A DNA stretch of 64,000 nt from a virus (Duplodnaviria > Heunggongvirae > Uroviricota > Caudoviricetes). Within the stretch, counting starts at the first letter, position 1. The number at the start of each line of letters is the position of its first letter. Below the pieces are notes generated by a model. That model searched no databases, was not told the DNA's origin, and was given only the letters and a program-made list of their open reading frames with translations. The position numbers were made by a program, and so were the translations under genes. The stretch is from IMG/VR virus record IMGVR_UViG_3300024346_000020. One strand, written 5' to 3'. Below are positions 19,222-29,871 of the stretch, piece after piece.

Positions 19222-22200
19222 TTATACATTGTCTATATTAGTACTATTACTAGTAGGTATGGATAAAGTACTACTTCTTGCGGTTATTTCTACTAAACAA
19301 CTAGATGCAGTAGAAGTAGGATTAAATACATATGAAGAACTTGCACTTCCTAAACTATTCAATGTAATAGTTCCTGTTCTACCTAAATGCAAAAAGTCTA
19401 TTGTCGCTACTGATACCGGAGATGAAAATGATATACCATTAAAAGTACCATCAACACTAGCCGTAAAATCAAGTGTTAGCACTTCATTCGGTTCTCCACC
19501 TGAGAAATCAAGTGTTCCTGCTCCTGAATTAGGTATCTCCGAGGTAATAGTCAATCCCCCACCTCCCGATGGTGTAGATGTTCTTGTATATTTTAAAACA
19601 TTAGAATGTGTTAAAGCTAGTGTTGGAGTTAAGGTAACAGTCGATTCAATTCTAAAATAAATATCTCCTGTTATAAGGAAGTCTGTAAAGTCATATAACT
19701 TATTAGTTGTAGTTACATCAGAATCAAAAAACCATGTTATATTATCTTCACTATATTGCCATTCTGCAGCAATTAGATTACTTAAACTACTTGTCAATAA
19801 AACGTCTACTAAACCAGAGATGTCCTCTATATCAGCATTTGAATTAGTATCAAGATATACTATAGTGATAGGAAGTACTGGTATACTAACCGCACCACCA
19901 AATGTTGAATTAGATTGCCAAACTGGTGGTGTATTAGTAGTCTCAGAAATTATAATAGTTGAATCATAAATTATATCTGTAGCATTTGAATCTATAGAAA
20001 TATTAATATTTGAAAGGGATTCATTTAGAAATATATTCCAAACATGACAAGATGAAGTAATACCTCTGGAAGGCCAATTCATACCTCTAAATAGAATTTG
20101 TTTTTCAAAATCACTGGTTATACTACCACCACTATCTAGATCAAAGCTAGATCCATACCAGTTACCATTTCTCCAAAGGCCATTTTCCCAAAAAATATTA
20201 TAAGCATTCATATAACTTACAATACCATTTTTCCAAATCATACCATATCCATTACCAGATATAAAGTTACCATTTTCCCATTCTGATATATAAAAATCAC
20301 TATCTATAAGTGTTCCATTTTTCCAAATACAAGTATCACTAATACTAAAAGTTGGTATAGATGTTGGTAGAAATATATTTCTATTTACATACGGATTAAA
20401 TGAACTTGACTTAAATGTACCATTTTCAAATGTACCATCTATCCAAACAGAGTTTTGTATAGTTCCACTTGGATGACTAAATGTTCCACCCATCCAAAGT
20501 ACATTTCTTAACACCACAGTTTTTAAATTTATATTGGTATCACTTGCTCTTTTTGAATCAATATATACCCCTCTATTGACGTATCTATCCTTAGTATCCG
20601 TTACAAATCCACTTTTCCAAATACCATAGCTATTTATACTTGAAGTTCCAAAAGATGTTATAAAGTTTTTTGCATTATTTGATTCAGTACCACCAATTGC
20701 ATAATAACCAGATTGTGTTCTACCTCCACCATCAAACTCTCCAACTGTAAATATACCATTATTCCAAACCTTGCCCTTAAAGTATCCACCATTAAATTCT
20801 CCATCAAACCAACTTGAATTACTTACAACAGAACTATTATTTAATATACTTAAATCCCCAATTCCAAACTCACCACCATTAAATACACCATATTCCCAAG
20901 AATAATTAGCTTTAATATCTGATGTAGAATATAATATAAGTTGTGATGAATTATAATATGACGTAAATTTACCACCATTAAATACACCATTTAACCATTT
21001 AGCTGTTCCAGTAAACTCACCACCATTAAATACCCCTCCAGACCAAGTAGCTAAATTAAGATTGTTGTATGTACTAAAAATTCCACCATTAAATATACCA
21101 TTTCTCCATTGTATAAGACCATTTCTATTTATCCCTGGTGCTCCTAAAATTCCTAGTGGTAATTTTAGATTTGTCTGTGCAATAAGTTCTGCATTTTCAA
21201 CAGTTGTATAATTTATAATACCATTATAAACTTTTGTATATCCAGTTGTTATGGAAGAATCTCCTATTATACCACCATTTATCGTACCGTTATAGAATTT
21301 TGAATAGTAAAATTTACCACCATTAAAGTCTCCACCTTCCCAATCACTTTTATAAAACTCTCCATTTATAAATTTACCTTTTTGCCAAGACCATCTATTA
21401 TTCATTACTTCAGAAGCACGTGGACGTGGGGTGAATAAACCGACGGAAGCAAATATTATAATTTCTTTTGTTAAACCACTTTTATAAAAGTCATTTCTAT
21501 TATTGTCATTATATGAGAAATCAATAATATTACCATCAAAAGAATTTGAACTATAGAATAACCCATTATTAAATACACCATCTAACCAAGTTGAAGATTT
21601 AACCAAACCATCATTAAATGTCATACCATTCCAAATAGAATTATATAAAATACCATTTTCCCATATATCATTACCACCTACAAAAAATGAATTCATATAA
21701 GTTGCCTTAGATAAAATATTTGAGTTTTTAGAAAATATAGAATCTATTATTAATAAACTCTTTATTTTTTCAACATTATTAAATTCTCTATCACTAACAT
21801 CATATAACTCATTTTTTATTAAAGATGTATTAAAATATGCTTTTTTAAATATACCAGATAATATTTTTGATCTATAAAATTTAGTTTTGTGTAAATATCC
21901 ATATCTATTATTCGCACCATAAGAACTAAATTTACCACCACCCGTTAAACCAGGCAAAATACTTGTTGAACCAATTGCAATAATTTCTTGTAGTTGATAA
22001 TTACCCTGTGGTAGATCTTTAACTATTTTATATTGATCTGGTAATCTAGTCAAAGAACCTGTTATACCAGTTACTGAGAATGTTGCATTGTTTCCTGAAT
22101 TAGGTTGAATAATTGTTAGTATATCACCATTTGAATATCCTAAACCAGGATAATTAATATTTACTGATAAAACTGCACCATTATTTACTGAAGTAATAAG

Positions 22201-24816
22201 AATAATATCATCACTACCACCACCTTGTTGAACTCTTTGCATAGATACTGTAGATCCTACTGAATATCCAGATTGTCCAGTTCCAGGTACAATAGCAATT
22301 GAACTTGTATTTCCTGCAAACATACTAAATTGTAGTAGTCCATTTCCACCATTAACACCACTATCAGTAGAATATATATTATAGCCCAAATTTGGAATAC
22401 CACTACCTTCAGATATTAAAGTGAAACCAGTCACCTGACCTATAACACTTGCAGTAATATCAACAGTTAGTCCTGTTCCTTCCCCAGTCACTGAAGTTTT
22501 TGATGCTGATGCTGTATTATAATATGATCCAGTACCAGAGAAAGAAATGCCTGTCACTTTTCCTCTAGAATCATAATCGACTGCATTTAAGAATACTACT
22601 TCACCTAATGCTAAGTAGTCATTTTCTACTTCTTGATATCGGTCATTTGTAGTGGAATAAAGTGTTTTAACATTTATAGACGATGTTCCACCAACTAATG
22701 ATATATTATAATATCCACCTCTGTTAGAAAGATCTCCATACTTATCATCTGAATTCCAAATCTGTGCTGAGTCATCAAGCTTTATATTCACATCATTACT
22801 AAAATTGAAATAATTTCCACTATTCCAATTAGAATTTTCAAAAATACCACTTTCAAAGTCAGAGTTTAAAATATAAGCATCCGAATAATCAATAGTAAGA
22901 TCTGGTAATGTAACAGATAAATTTTGAATATCTGAAAGAGTAACAAAGATATCAATAGAATATCCGAAATTATCTTTAATAGTCGCAATATTTGGATTTA
23001 AAGAATTTGCAGTATAATTAACATCTGATAAGTAATCATTATCTTTTGGAGTTGAGAGCATACAGTTATACTCAAATCCTCTTTTATACCATTTTTTACC
23101 AGAGAAAGATGGAGATAAATCAAATTTATCAGTATATTCAACATAAGGTCCTATTTTAAATTTTTTATCAAAGAAGTTAAGTAATAAATTATCATTACTA
23201 TTTATCTTCAATCCTTTTATATAAAAGGTATCTTTAAACTTAAACTTCTCATAACTTCTTTTATTTATATAAAATTTATAAATCTTATGTGATGCAGACT
23301 GTGCACTAGCTTGACTAAACTCTGTTTCCTCAAAATGTAATATTCTTATTGAATTATCACTAATATAATTAGAGTTTTTAAATAAAGACTTTTTATACTG
23401 TGTATTTATTGACTTAACATTATAAAATCTACTATTTTCTACTCTTGAGTTTTTTACAACTGAGTTTTGTATATTTGCATTTTGAATACCACAACTTTCA
23501 AAATAAGCTTTATTTATAAGTGTGTCACTAAAATTATTCTGTATAAACTGTGTGGTCAGTGTTCCTCTTAAATGCTCTTCTACAATTGAATATGATGTAG
23601 ATGATGTACCTAATATTGAGTTACTAACATTCGCATTATTTATAATTGCATTTCTTATTTCTGAATTTATAACAAAATTATAACCATATCCATCATTATC
23701 TGGATTAGTTGATTTTTGATATGGTGCACCAAAAGTACCCACAATATTATCAAACTCAGAAACATAACTTTGTAGTTGACTTTGTTTAGATTCCATTATT
23801 CCTCTTTCCCAAATAGTATTTAATAAAGTACCTGAGTTCCAAATAGATGAGGTAGAGCCCCAAGTAATTCTTTTATCATTACTACCATAAATACCACCAT
23901 TCCAATTTCCATTGAAAGTACCATTTCTAAAATTAGATTTAGATATTAAAGGAACATTTTTATTTTCATGTTTTACATTTACTTGCCAACTTGAAAAAGT
24001 ACCAAATGTTTCATAACTATAAACTAAATTCTCTTGAAAATCTACTCCATAATAGTTAAAACTATTATTTAATATTAGTATTTTGTCTGCACTCGCAGTA
24101 GCCGCAATAGAATATGAACCAATCATAAAATCAATACTTATATTGATCCAACTTGAAGTTCCATTTTTAATAAAAAATCCAGGTCCACCATTTAAACCCA
24201 GTGATTCACCCCAAGGGCCAGTTACACTATGACTTGGTTCTGATGTAAATATTATATTATTTTGATTTTTATTAAATCTATAATCAAAATCCCCTCCACG
24301 AGTTGTAATCTGTCTATTTACATGAATAAAGTCATTCTGATCTTTAACATAATAAACTTTAATTAGATTATCTAAGTCATCACTTGGCTCTGTTGCTTCG
24401 TTACTAGGTAAACTACCATTGAACTCTATATCCAATACAACTTGACACTTATCTACAAATAAAACTTTATAACCATCATGACCTTTTTTATACTTATCAC
24501 TTGCTATTAGTAAATTACTATCATAAGTACCATTGATTATAAATACTCTATCTCCTATACTAAATCCAGAGTTAACTTCTGTATAGAATAAAGTATAATC
24601 AACACCCGCTATTTTATAAGGTTCAACCCAATTTAAAAGTTTAGGACTACAAGGTATACCATATTTTAAAACTACATTTGTATCATCACTTGTTAGATTT
24701 AATTGTGGGTCATATCCTACTAGATTAATATCTTGACCAATTTGATTTAATTCTTCTGTGGTTATTAAATAAGGTTTGGTGAATAGATTCTTTTTCACTA
24801 AATTTGTTGAACTCAT
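19222..24816 (-). CDS. giant virion structural protein (1864 aa) with numerous W-x-(N/D)G-x-F-NGG-x-F repeats
   Basis: WSGGVFNGGEFTGTAKWLNGVFNGGKFT..., WEYGVFNGGEFG..., WFDGEFNGGYFKGKVWNNGIFTVGEFDGGG. Glycine/aromatic periodicity suggests a beta-helix or fibre. Confidence 0.6.
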   Translation of the reverse strand: MSSTNLVKKNLFTKPYLITTEELNQIGQDINLVGYDPQLNLTSDDTNVVLKYGIPCSPKLLNWVEPYKIAGVDYTLFYTEVNSGFSIGDRVFIINGTYDSNLLIASDKYKKGHDGYKVLFVDKCQVVLDIEFNGSLPSNEATEPSDDLDNLIKVYYVKDQNDFIHVNRQITTRGGDFDYRFNKNQNNIIFTSEPSHSVTGPWGESLGLNGGPGFFIKNGTSSWINISIDFMIGSYSIAATASADKILILNNSFNYYGVDFQENLVYSYETFGTFSSWQVNVKHENKNVPLISKSNFRNGTFNGNWNGGIYGSNDKRITWGSTSSIWNSGTLLNTIWERGIMESKQSQLQSYVSEFDNIVGTFGAPYQKSTNPDNDGYGYNFVINSEIRNAIINNANVSNSILGTSSTSYSIVEEHLRGTLTTQFIQNNFSDTLINKAYFESCGIQNANIQNSVVKNSRVENSRFYNVKSINTQYKKSLFKNSNYISDNSIRILHFEETEFSQASAQSASHKIYKFYINKRSYEKFKFKDTFYIKGLKINSNDNLLLNFFDKKFKIGPYVEYTDKFDLSPSFSGKKWYKRGFEYNCMLSTPKDNDYLSDVNYTANSLNPNIATIKDNFGYSIDIFVTLSDIQNLSVTLPDLTIDYSDAYILNSDFESGIFENSNWNSGNYFNFSNDVNIKLDDSAQIWNSDDKYGDLSNRGGYYNISLVGGTSSINVKTLYSTTNDRYQEVENDYLALGEVVFLNAVDYDSRGKVTGISFSGTGSYYNTASASKTSVTGEGTGLTVDITASVIGQVTGFTLISEGSGIPNLGYNIYSTDSGVNGGNGLLQFSMFAGNTSSIAIVPGTGQSGYSVGSTVSMQRVQQGGGSDDIILITSVNNGAVLSVNINYPGLGYSNGDILTIIQPNSGNNATFSVTGITGSLTRLPDQYKIVKDLPQGNYQLQEIIAIGSTSILPGLTGGGKFSSYGANNRYGYLHKTKFYRSKILSGIFKKAYFNTSLIKNELYDVSDREFNNVEKIKSLLIIDSIFSKNSNILSKATYMNSFFVGGNDIWENGILYNSIWNGMTFNDGLVKSSTWLDGVFNNGLFYSSNSFDGNIIDFSYNDNNRNDFYKSGLTKEIIIFASVGLFTPRPRASEVMNNRWSWQKGKFINGEFYKSDWEGGDFNGGKFYYSKFYNGTINGGIIGDSSITTGYTKVYNGIINYTTVENAELIAQTNLKLPLGILGAPGINRNGLIQWRNGIFNGGIFSTYNNLNLATWSGGVFNGGEFTGTAKWLNGVFNGGKFTSYYNSSQLILYSTSDIKANYSWEYGVFNGGEFGIGDLSILNNSSVVSNSSWFDGEFNGGYFKGKVWNNGIFTVGEFDGGGRTQSGYYAIGGTESNNAKNFITSFGTSSINSYGIWKSGFVTDTKDRYVNRGVYIDSKRASDTNINLKTVVLRNVLWMGGTFSHPSGTIQNSVWIDGTFENGTFKSSSFNPYVNRNIFLPTSIPTFSISDTCIWKNGTLIDSDFYISEWENGNFISGNGYGMIWKNGIVSYMNAYNIFWENGLWRNGNWYGSSFDLDSGGSITSDFEKQILFRGMNWPSRGITSSCHVWNIFLNESLSNINISIDSNATDIIYDSTIIISETTNTPPVWQSNSTFGGAVSIPVLPITIVYLDTNSNADIEDISGLVDVLLTSSLSNLIAAEWQYSEDNITWFFDSDVTTTNKLYDFTDFLITGDIYFRIESTVTLTPTLALTHSNVLKYTRTSTPSGGGGLTITSEIPNSGAGTLDFSGGEPNEVLTLDFTASVDGTFNGISFSSPVSVATIDFLHLGRTGTITLNSLGSASSSYVFNPTSTASSCLVEITARSSTLSIPTSNSTNIDNV

Positions 24817-24896
24817 TAAAACGGTTTAGTTTTTATCTATATATAAATTTATTAATAGTATCTAAACAAATTTTACCCTTTTAACTATAATTAAAT

Positions 24897-25622
24897 ATGA
24901 ATAAACGAAAAAAAATATTAGTATTCTCTGGTGCAGGACTCTCGAAAGAAAGCGGGATTGAAACCTTTAGAGACTCTAAGGAAAGCTTATGGAACAATTT
25001 CAAGATTGAAGATGTTGCTACCATCGATGCATGGAGAAAAGATAAAGAATTAGTACTAAAATTCTACAATGAACGTAGGGCACAATTAAAAGAAGTAAAA
25101 ACAAATCTAGCACATAGACTTATAGCAGAGTTAGAGAATGAATTTGATGTAACTGTAGTTACACAGAATGTAGATAACTTACACGAAAGAGCAGGATCTA
25201 CTAACATAATACACTTACACGGAGAACTAACCAAAGTACGTTCAACATTAGACCCAAGACTAATCTACGATTGGACAGAAGACGTAAATATAGGAGATAA
25301 ATGTGATAAGGGATCTCAACTAAGACCACATATCGTTTGGTTTGGTGAGGCATTAAATCCAGATTATATGAGTAAAGCAGTAAAAGCAGCAGAACAATGT
25401 GACTATTGTATAATAGTCGGAACTTCTTTACAAGTTTTACCTGCAAATGAAATTCCATTTTTAACAGATGTAGAAGTACCCGTATATTATATTGAACCAT
25501 CTAATATAGATATGGTTATGTATGATATACCAGACTATAAATTACCTTATTTCCACCATGTGAAAAAGGTTGCCACAAAAGGAATGCAATATATTTTTAA
25601 CCAATTAAACAAACAAATATAA
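24897..25622 (+). CDS. Sir2-family NAD-dependent protein deacylase / ADP-ribosyltransferase (CobB-like)
   Basis: GAGLSKESGIETFRD (GAGIS-ESGI-TFR), QNVDNLHERAG (QNID-LH), HGELTKVRS and IVWFGE motifs, all characteristic of sirtuins. Confidence 0.8.
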   Translation: MNKRKKILVFSGAGLSKESGIETFRDSKESLWNNFKIEDVATIDAWRKDKELVLKFYNERRAQLKEVKTNLAHRLIAELENEFDVTVVTQNVDNLHERAGSTNIIHLHGELTKVRSTLDPRLIYDWTEDVNIGDKCDKGSQLRPHIVWFGEALNPDYMSKAVKAAEQCDYCIIVGTSLQVLPANEIPFLTDVEVPVYYIEPSNIDMVMYDIPDYKLPYFHHVKKVATKGMQYIFNQLNKQI

Positions 25623-25625
25623 ATA

Positions 25626-25880
25626 ATGGAAGATAGAGATTATATTTTTGATAATTTTAGAAAGTCATATAGTATAAAAGATAAATACTACGATTTAGGT
25701 AATTATATGAAAGTAGATAAGTATGGTAATTATACCAGTGCTCTTGAAGACTTTTTAGGTTACTACAAAGCAGATAAGTCTGCAAAACGTGAAGAAACTC
25801 CGCAAGAAAGAGAGGCTCGTTTATTAAGAGAGAAAGCAGAAGCCAGAGAAGCTAAAATTGATCAAATACTTAAAAAATAG
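25626..25880 (+). CDS. hypothetical small protein with a charged helical C-terminus
   Basis: ORF; REETPQEREARLLREKAEAREAKIDQ. Confidence 0.4.
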   Translation: MEDRDYIFDNFRKSYSIKDKYYDLGNYMKVDKYGNYTSALEDFLGYYKADKSAKREETPQEREARLLREKAEAREAKIDQILKK

Positions 25881-26129
25881 TATGGATAGTGGAGCAACTA
25901 CTTATAATGATGTTATGAAAAACTTTCATTTGACTATAAATAATTTAATGAGACCTATTAAAAGAAAAAAGATAATAAAAAGTGTACTTATTAAAACCGA
26001 GAAGAATAGGTAGTACTTATATGAACATAAAAAGAATAATGGATTCATATAAGTCATATAAGAGATATTCTCGTAAAGAAAGTATAAAAAGAATATTTAA
26101 TATATAGTTTATCAAAAATAATTAAATAA

Positions 26130-26687
26130 ATGGATTTACAAGAACTATTAAACGAATGGAATATTAAATGTGATGTTACTACACTACTTGCTATGTGGAA
26201 TGAATCACATAGATCTTATCACACTTTAAATCATCTAAATGATTTAATCGAACAAATAAATGAGGGAAAATCTAAATACTCTCAAAAGGAATATGAGAAA
26301 TTACTAATTACTGCACTTTTTCATGATTGTATTTATGATCCAATGAAAACTGATAATGAAGAAAGATCTGCAGACTTCTTTATAGAATGTTGTCAAGATA
26401 AAGATAGTAAAGATAATAAAGAAATTAGACAAATGATTTTAGATACTAAAAATCATGAAGCTACTACAAACTTATCTGAATCATTTAACTACTATGATAT
26501 GAATATTGTTGAAAGAGATTTCGATCAGTTGCTAGAGTGGGAGAAAGGTATCTCAGAAGAATATAAAGGATATGGTGATTCATATAAAGATGGTAGATTG
26601 AAATTTTTAGAATCTTTATTAGATAAATATCCAAATAATACAGAAAACTTATTAAAATTAGTTGACTGGATAAAAGAAAATTACTAA
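26130..26687 (+). CDS. HD-domain phosphohydrolase-like protein
   Basis: H...H (HTLNH) followed by ALFHDCIYDP (HD dyad) at the correct spacing. Confidence 0.5.
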   Translation: MDLQELLNEWNIKCDVTTLLAMWNESHRSYHTLNHLNDLIEQINEGKSKYSQKEYEKLLITALFHDCIYDPMKTDNEERSADFFIECCQDKDSKDNKEIRQMILDTKNHEATTNLSESFNYYDMNIVERDFDQLLEWEKGISEEYKGYGDSYKDGRLKFLESLLDKYPNNTENLLKLVDWIKENY

Positions 26688-26692
26688 AAGAA

Positions 26693-26718
26693 AAACCACT
26701 CATTTGAGTGGTTTTTTT
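26693..26718. terminator. bidirectional rho-independent terminator between convergent genes
   Basis: aaaaCCACTCAttTGAGTGGttttttt. Confidence 0.8.
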
Positions 26719-26719
26719 A

Positions 26720-27460
26720 TTAAAATCTATTAAATTTTGTAATTAAACTTTCTGCAACTACAGGTTCTTGTGTCTCAGCTGGTTTTTCAACACCTGAATG
26801 ATGTTTTGAAATAATATCTACAATATCAGCTCTTTTGTTACATTCATCAATAAATGTTTTATAAGGTGTAACTAACTCTTGATTCCAAACAGTACCTGAT
26901 AAGGCATCCGCAAGATTTTTTTCAGTTTCTGGATTTACTTCACCATCAAGTACTTCAACACTACCCATACTTACTTTATCATTTTTTACCCAAGTTCCTT
27001 TTTCTATATCAAAAAGTAATCCATTTGAAAATGTTAGAGTTGGATTTTCTGCAGCTAAATCAAATTTATAATCAAATTTAATTACTGCACTTGACCAAAT
27101 ACGACCATGCTCTTCCAATTCTGTTTTTCCTTCTGCCGCAATTTCTTTATCTAACATTGGAATTATATTTACAACTTTCTTATCATTAAATGTTTCATCA
27201 GTTAGTAAAAGTTTACCTCCTTCAACTTTTAACTTTCCTTCATTTGGTTTATAATTTACCAAATATGAAATAGGATGACTTTTTTCTTCATCAGTAAGAT
27301 CGGAACCACCCATAAATCTAAATGTATAAGCAAATCCTTGTTCTGCAATATTTTGTTTTTTTAACATTTCTCCAATAAGTTTTCCTTTATCAGATTTACC
27401 TTTAACAGCAGCTTCTAATCTATCTAGGAAACTCTCGTTGAATTTTTTAATATATCTCAT
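26720..27460 (-). CDS. hypothetical protein with a capsid-targeting-like N-terminus (MRYIKKFNESF)
   Basis: ORF; N-terminus matches the recurring M[KR]Y[LI]K motif. Confidence 0.55.
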   Translation of the reverse strand: MRYIKKFNESFLDRLEAAVKGKSDKGKLIGEMLKKQNIAEQGFAYTFRFMGGSDLTDEEKSHPISYLVNYKPNEGKLKVEGGKLLLTDETFNDKKVVNIIPMLDKEIAAEGKTELEEHGRIWSSAVIKFDYKFDLAAENPTLTFSNGLLFDIEKGTWVKNDKVSMGSVEVLDGEVNPETEKNLADALSGTVWNQELVTPYKTFIDECNKRADIVDIISKHHSGVEKPAETQEPVVAESLITKFNRF

Positions 27461-27534
27461 ATTACAATAATAATTTTTTATTATATATTAAAAAAAATAT
27501 AAAAAAAATTCACTTTTTAAGGTGGATTTTAAAA

Positions 27535-28644
27535 TTATTTCTTAAATTCTTTTTTATCAGAAGAAATGTAGAACTTATCGAAGTCATAATACTTAGAATA
27601 AACTTCTTTAATCTTTTTCAAAGTAACCTCTTCTAATATATCATACACCGACCAACCCGTGGGATTTATCCATTGATTCACAGAAGCATATCTATTGATT
27701 TCATCTTTTTGTTTTCTAACACCATAGTATTCTTTAACAAGGTTAAATCTTTCTTTAGTTAAAAACTTATCTGGATTTGTAATAACTTTCTTAACTGCTT
27801 CTACAACCTCATCAAAGTTTTTATTTGAAGTCAATGTTGAAATAGAATTTAATCCTTTATCATTTACTCTTGACTGATAACAATGAACGAAATAAACTAA
27901 TCCTTTTTTCTCTCGTATCTCTTGATATAATGGAGATTTCAATCCTAATGATAACATAGCATTGATAAAATGAACATATGCAAAGTCTTCTTCAATTACT
28001 GGTGAAAGAATTACAACAGAAGTTTTATCTTTAAAATCATTGTTTAATTCTAAATCTGTATCGTGATTACCAAAACTTAAATTAGTTACGATTTTTCTTT
28101 CTTGAAACTCAACCGCTTTATTTTTATAATCTTTGTTTTTAGATACATTGATAATTTTAGTTGGTTTTGCATATTGTAATTCAAAGAAGTTAAGACAATC
28201 CATAAATTTTAGATTCTCTAAATCTTTTTTCAATCCAATTGGATCATAATCATTAAATAACTTTCTAGAAAGATTTAACATATGAGATTGAGATTGATCA
28301 TTGAAACAATCCATATACTCTTCAAGAACAATTTTTCTTTCGTTTTCAAATTCCTCTTTAGTAACTTTAAAAGAAGTTAGTAAGTCGACAAATTGATTTT
28401 TATATTTATTTACCTTTTCATCTAATCCAGTTAAATAGAATACAATTTCATTTGATGAAGTATAAGCATTCCAGTCGATGCCGTCTCTATCAAAGTCTTC
28501 TTGTAAGTGATCGAATGATTTGCATAAAAGGTGTTCCATAATATGACTTATCCCATACCAACCCGGTTTTTCTAAGTTTGTTGAACCCTCATACACAACA
28601 TAGAATCCACTTAAATCAGTTGGACTTTTTAAATTTACTATCAT
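27535..28644 (-). CDS. M16-family (insulinase/pitrilysin-like) zinc metallopeptidase
   Basis: GISHIMEHLLCKSF contains the inverted zincin motif HxxEH, at the N-terminal position typical of M16 peptidases. Confidence 0.6.
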   Translation of the reverse strand: MIVNLKSPTDLSGFYVVYEGSTNLEKPGWYGISHIMEHLLCKSFDHLQEDFDRDGIDWNAYTSSNEIVFYLTGLDEKVNKYKNQFVDLLTSFKVTKEEFENERKIVLEEYMDCFNDQSQSHMLNLSRKLFNDYDPIGLKKDLENLKFMDCLNFFELQYAKPTKIINVSKNKDYKNKAVEFQERKIVTNLSFGNHDTDLELNNDFKDKTSVVILSPVIEEDFAYVHFINAMLSLGLKSPLYQEIREKKGLVYFVHCYQSRVNDKGLNSISTLTSNKNFDEVVEAVKKVITNPDKFLTKERFNLVKEYYGVRKQKDEINRYASVNQWINPTGWSVYDILEEVTLKKIKEVYSKYYDFDKFYISSDKKEFKK

Positions 28645-28748
28645 ATTTTAATTGTTTTATTTATTTATATAATTAAATTTTTATTAGTTTAGTTTTGTTT
28701 TATCAAAAGATAGTTGTATATTTGTATTTCAAAATATAAAAACGAAAT

Positions 28749-29396
28749 ATGATTACATTAGGATTATCAGGTAGTAGATACTCGGGAAAGAAAACAACTG
28801 TTGAGGTATTCAAGAGAATAGGTATACCCGTGTTTGATGCAGACCTTATTTTAAAGTTTATCTTAAATCATAATCACGAGTTATTAAGTGATGTAAGAAA
28901 AGAGATAGGTTCTGATTTCTTCATAAATCACCAATTGAATTTTCGTGGAATGAAGAAAGCTACTTTTGATAAAGTTCTTGATATCATTGAAGATGATCTC
29001 TTCAATGCCTTTACTAAGTTCTGTGATAGATATGAAAGAAAGGGTGCTATCTATACCATTTTTCATTCATCACTTTTATTTGAAAGGGAATGGGATAAAA
29101 AAATTGATTTAAGTATTACTGTATTTTCTCCAGAAGGAGATAGATTAAAAAGAGCTCGTTATCAAACTAATGAAGGTTTATTAAACATTAGAGATAGAAT
29201 GAAAACTGAAATGGATCCACTTCAGAAAAATCAAATGGCAGACTATATTATAAACAACTACAATAATGGTGAAGTAGTAGGTCATATCGGTTTACAACCT
29301 ACTAAATTACCAAGTTTAGTAAAACAAGTAAATCAAATCGATCAAAAAGTTATTGATGAATATTTATATAAAGAAAGCTTAATACTTTGTGTGTAA
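28749..29396 (+). CDS. P-loop nucleotide kinase, T4 gp1 dNMP kinase-like (or dephospho-CoA kinase-like)
   Basis: N-terminal MITLGLSGSRYSGKKTT matches the L-SG-x-x-SGK-TT P-loop of T4 dNMP kinase and CoaE. Size about 215 aa. Confidence 0.45.
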   Translation: MITLGLSGSRYSGKKTTVEVFKRIGIPVFDADLILKFILNHNHELLSDVRKEIGSDFFINHQLNFRGMKKATFDKVLDIIEDDLFNAFTKFCDRYERKGAIYTIFHSSLLFEREWDKKIDLSITVFSPEGDRLKRARYQTNEGLLNIRDRMKTEMDPLQKNQMADYIINNYNNGEVVGHIGLQPTKLPSLVKQVNQIDQKVIDEYLYKESLILCV

Positions 29397-29490
29397 TGAA
29401 AAATGTAATAAGAATAAAACTTATCAACCAATGTGCTGGTAAATTACAATTTGTAAAAAAATAAAATCAATTTGTACCAATTTAGGTTTA

Positions 29491-29871
29491 ATGGAAGTCA
29501 AAGACATTGTTGATAATATCTGTACTCAACCATTTAAGTATGTTGAGTTTGAAATTCCAAATAATAGCAGTATTTATGATGTTAAAAAAGTTTTAGATGA
29601 TTTGTCTTGGACTAACATACATGGTGACGGATGGTCGACGCACTCACCGGATGAAATGGCTTTTTACAACTACGAGATAAATGGTGGTGTACAATGGCAG
29701 AGAGAGGCAAATATGTTAAAATTAGGAATAGGTTCGCGAGAAGATTATTTAGACTTTATTAAGCAATCTATTCAAACAAATTTTGGTAACTCAGAAGAAT
29801 TGATTACATTTGTACTCAATAAATTATCAGACGAACAATTAAAAGAAACATTAGAAAAAATAGAATATTAA
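29491..29871 (+). CDS. hypothetical protein
   Basis: ORF only. Confidence 0.4.
   Translation: MEVKDIVDNICTQPFKYVEFEIPNNSSIYDVKKVLDDLSWTNIHGDGWSTHSPDEMAFYNYEINGGVQWQREANMLKLGIGSREDYLDFIKQSIQTNFGNSEELITFVLNKLSDEQLKETLEKIEY

Noticed and set aside
19229-19660. ORF 19229..19660(+), 143 aa
   Set aside because: It is fully antisense to the 3' end of the 1864-aa gene; it is retained only as a remote possibility because of its size
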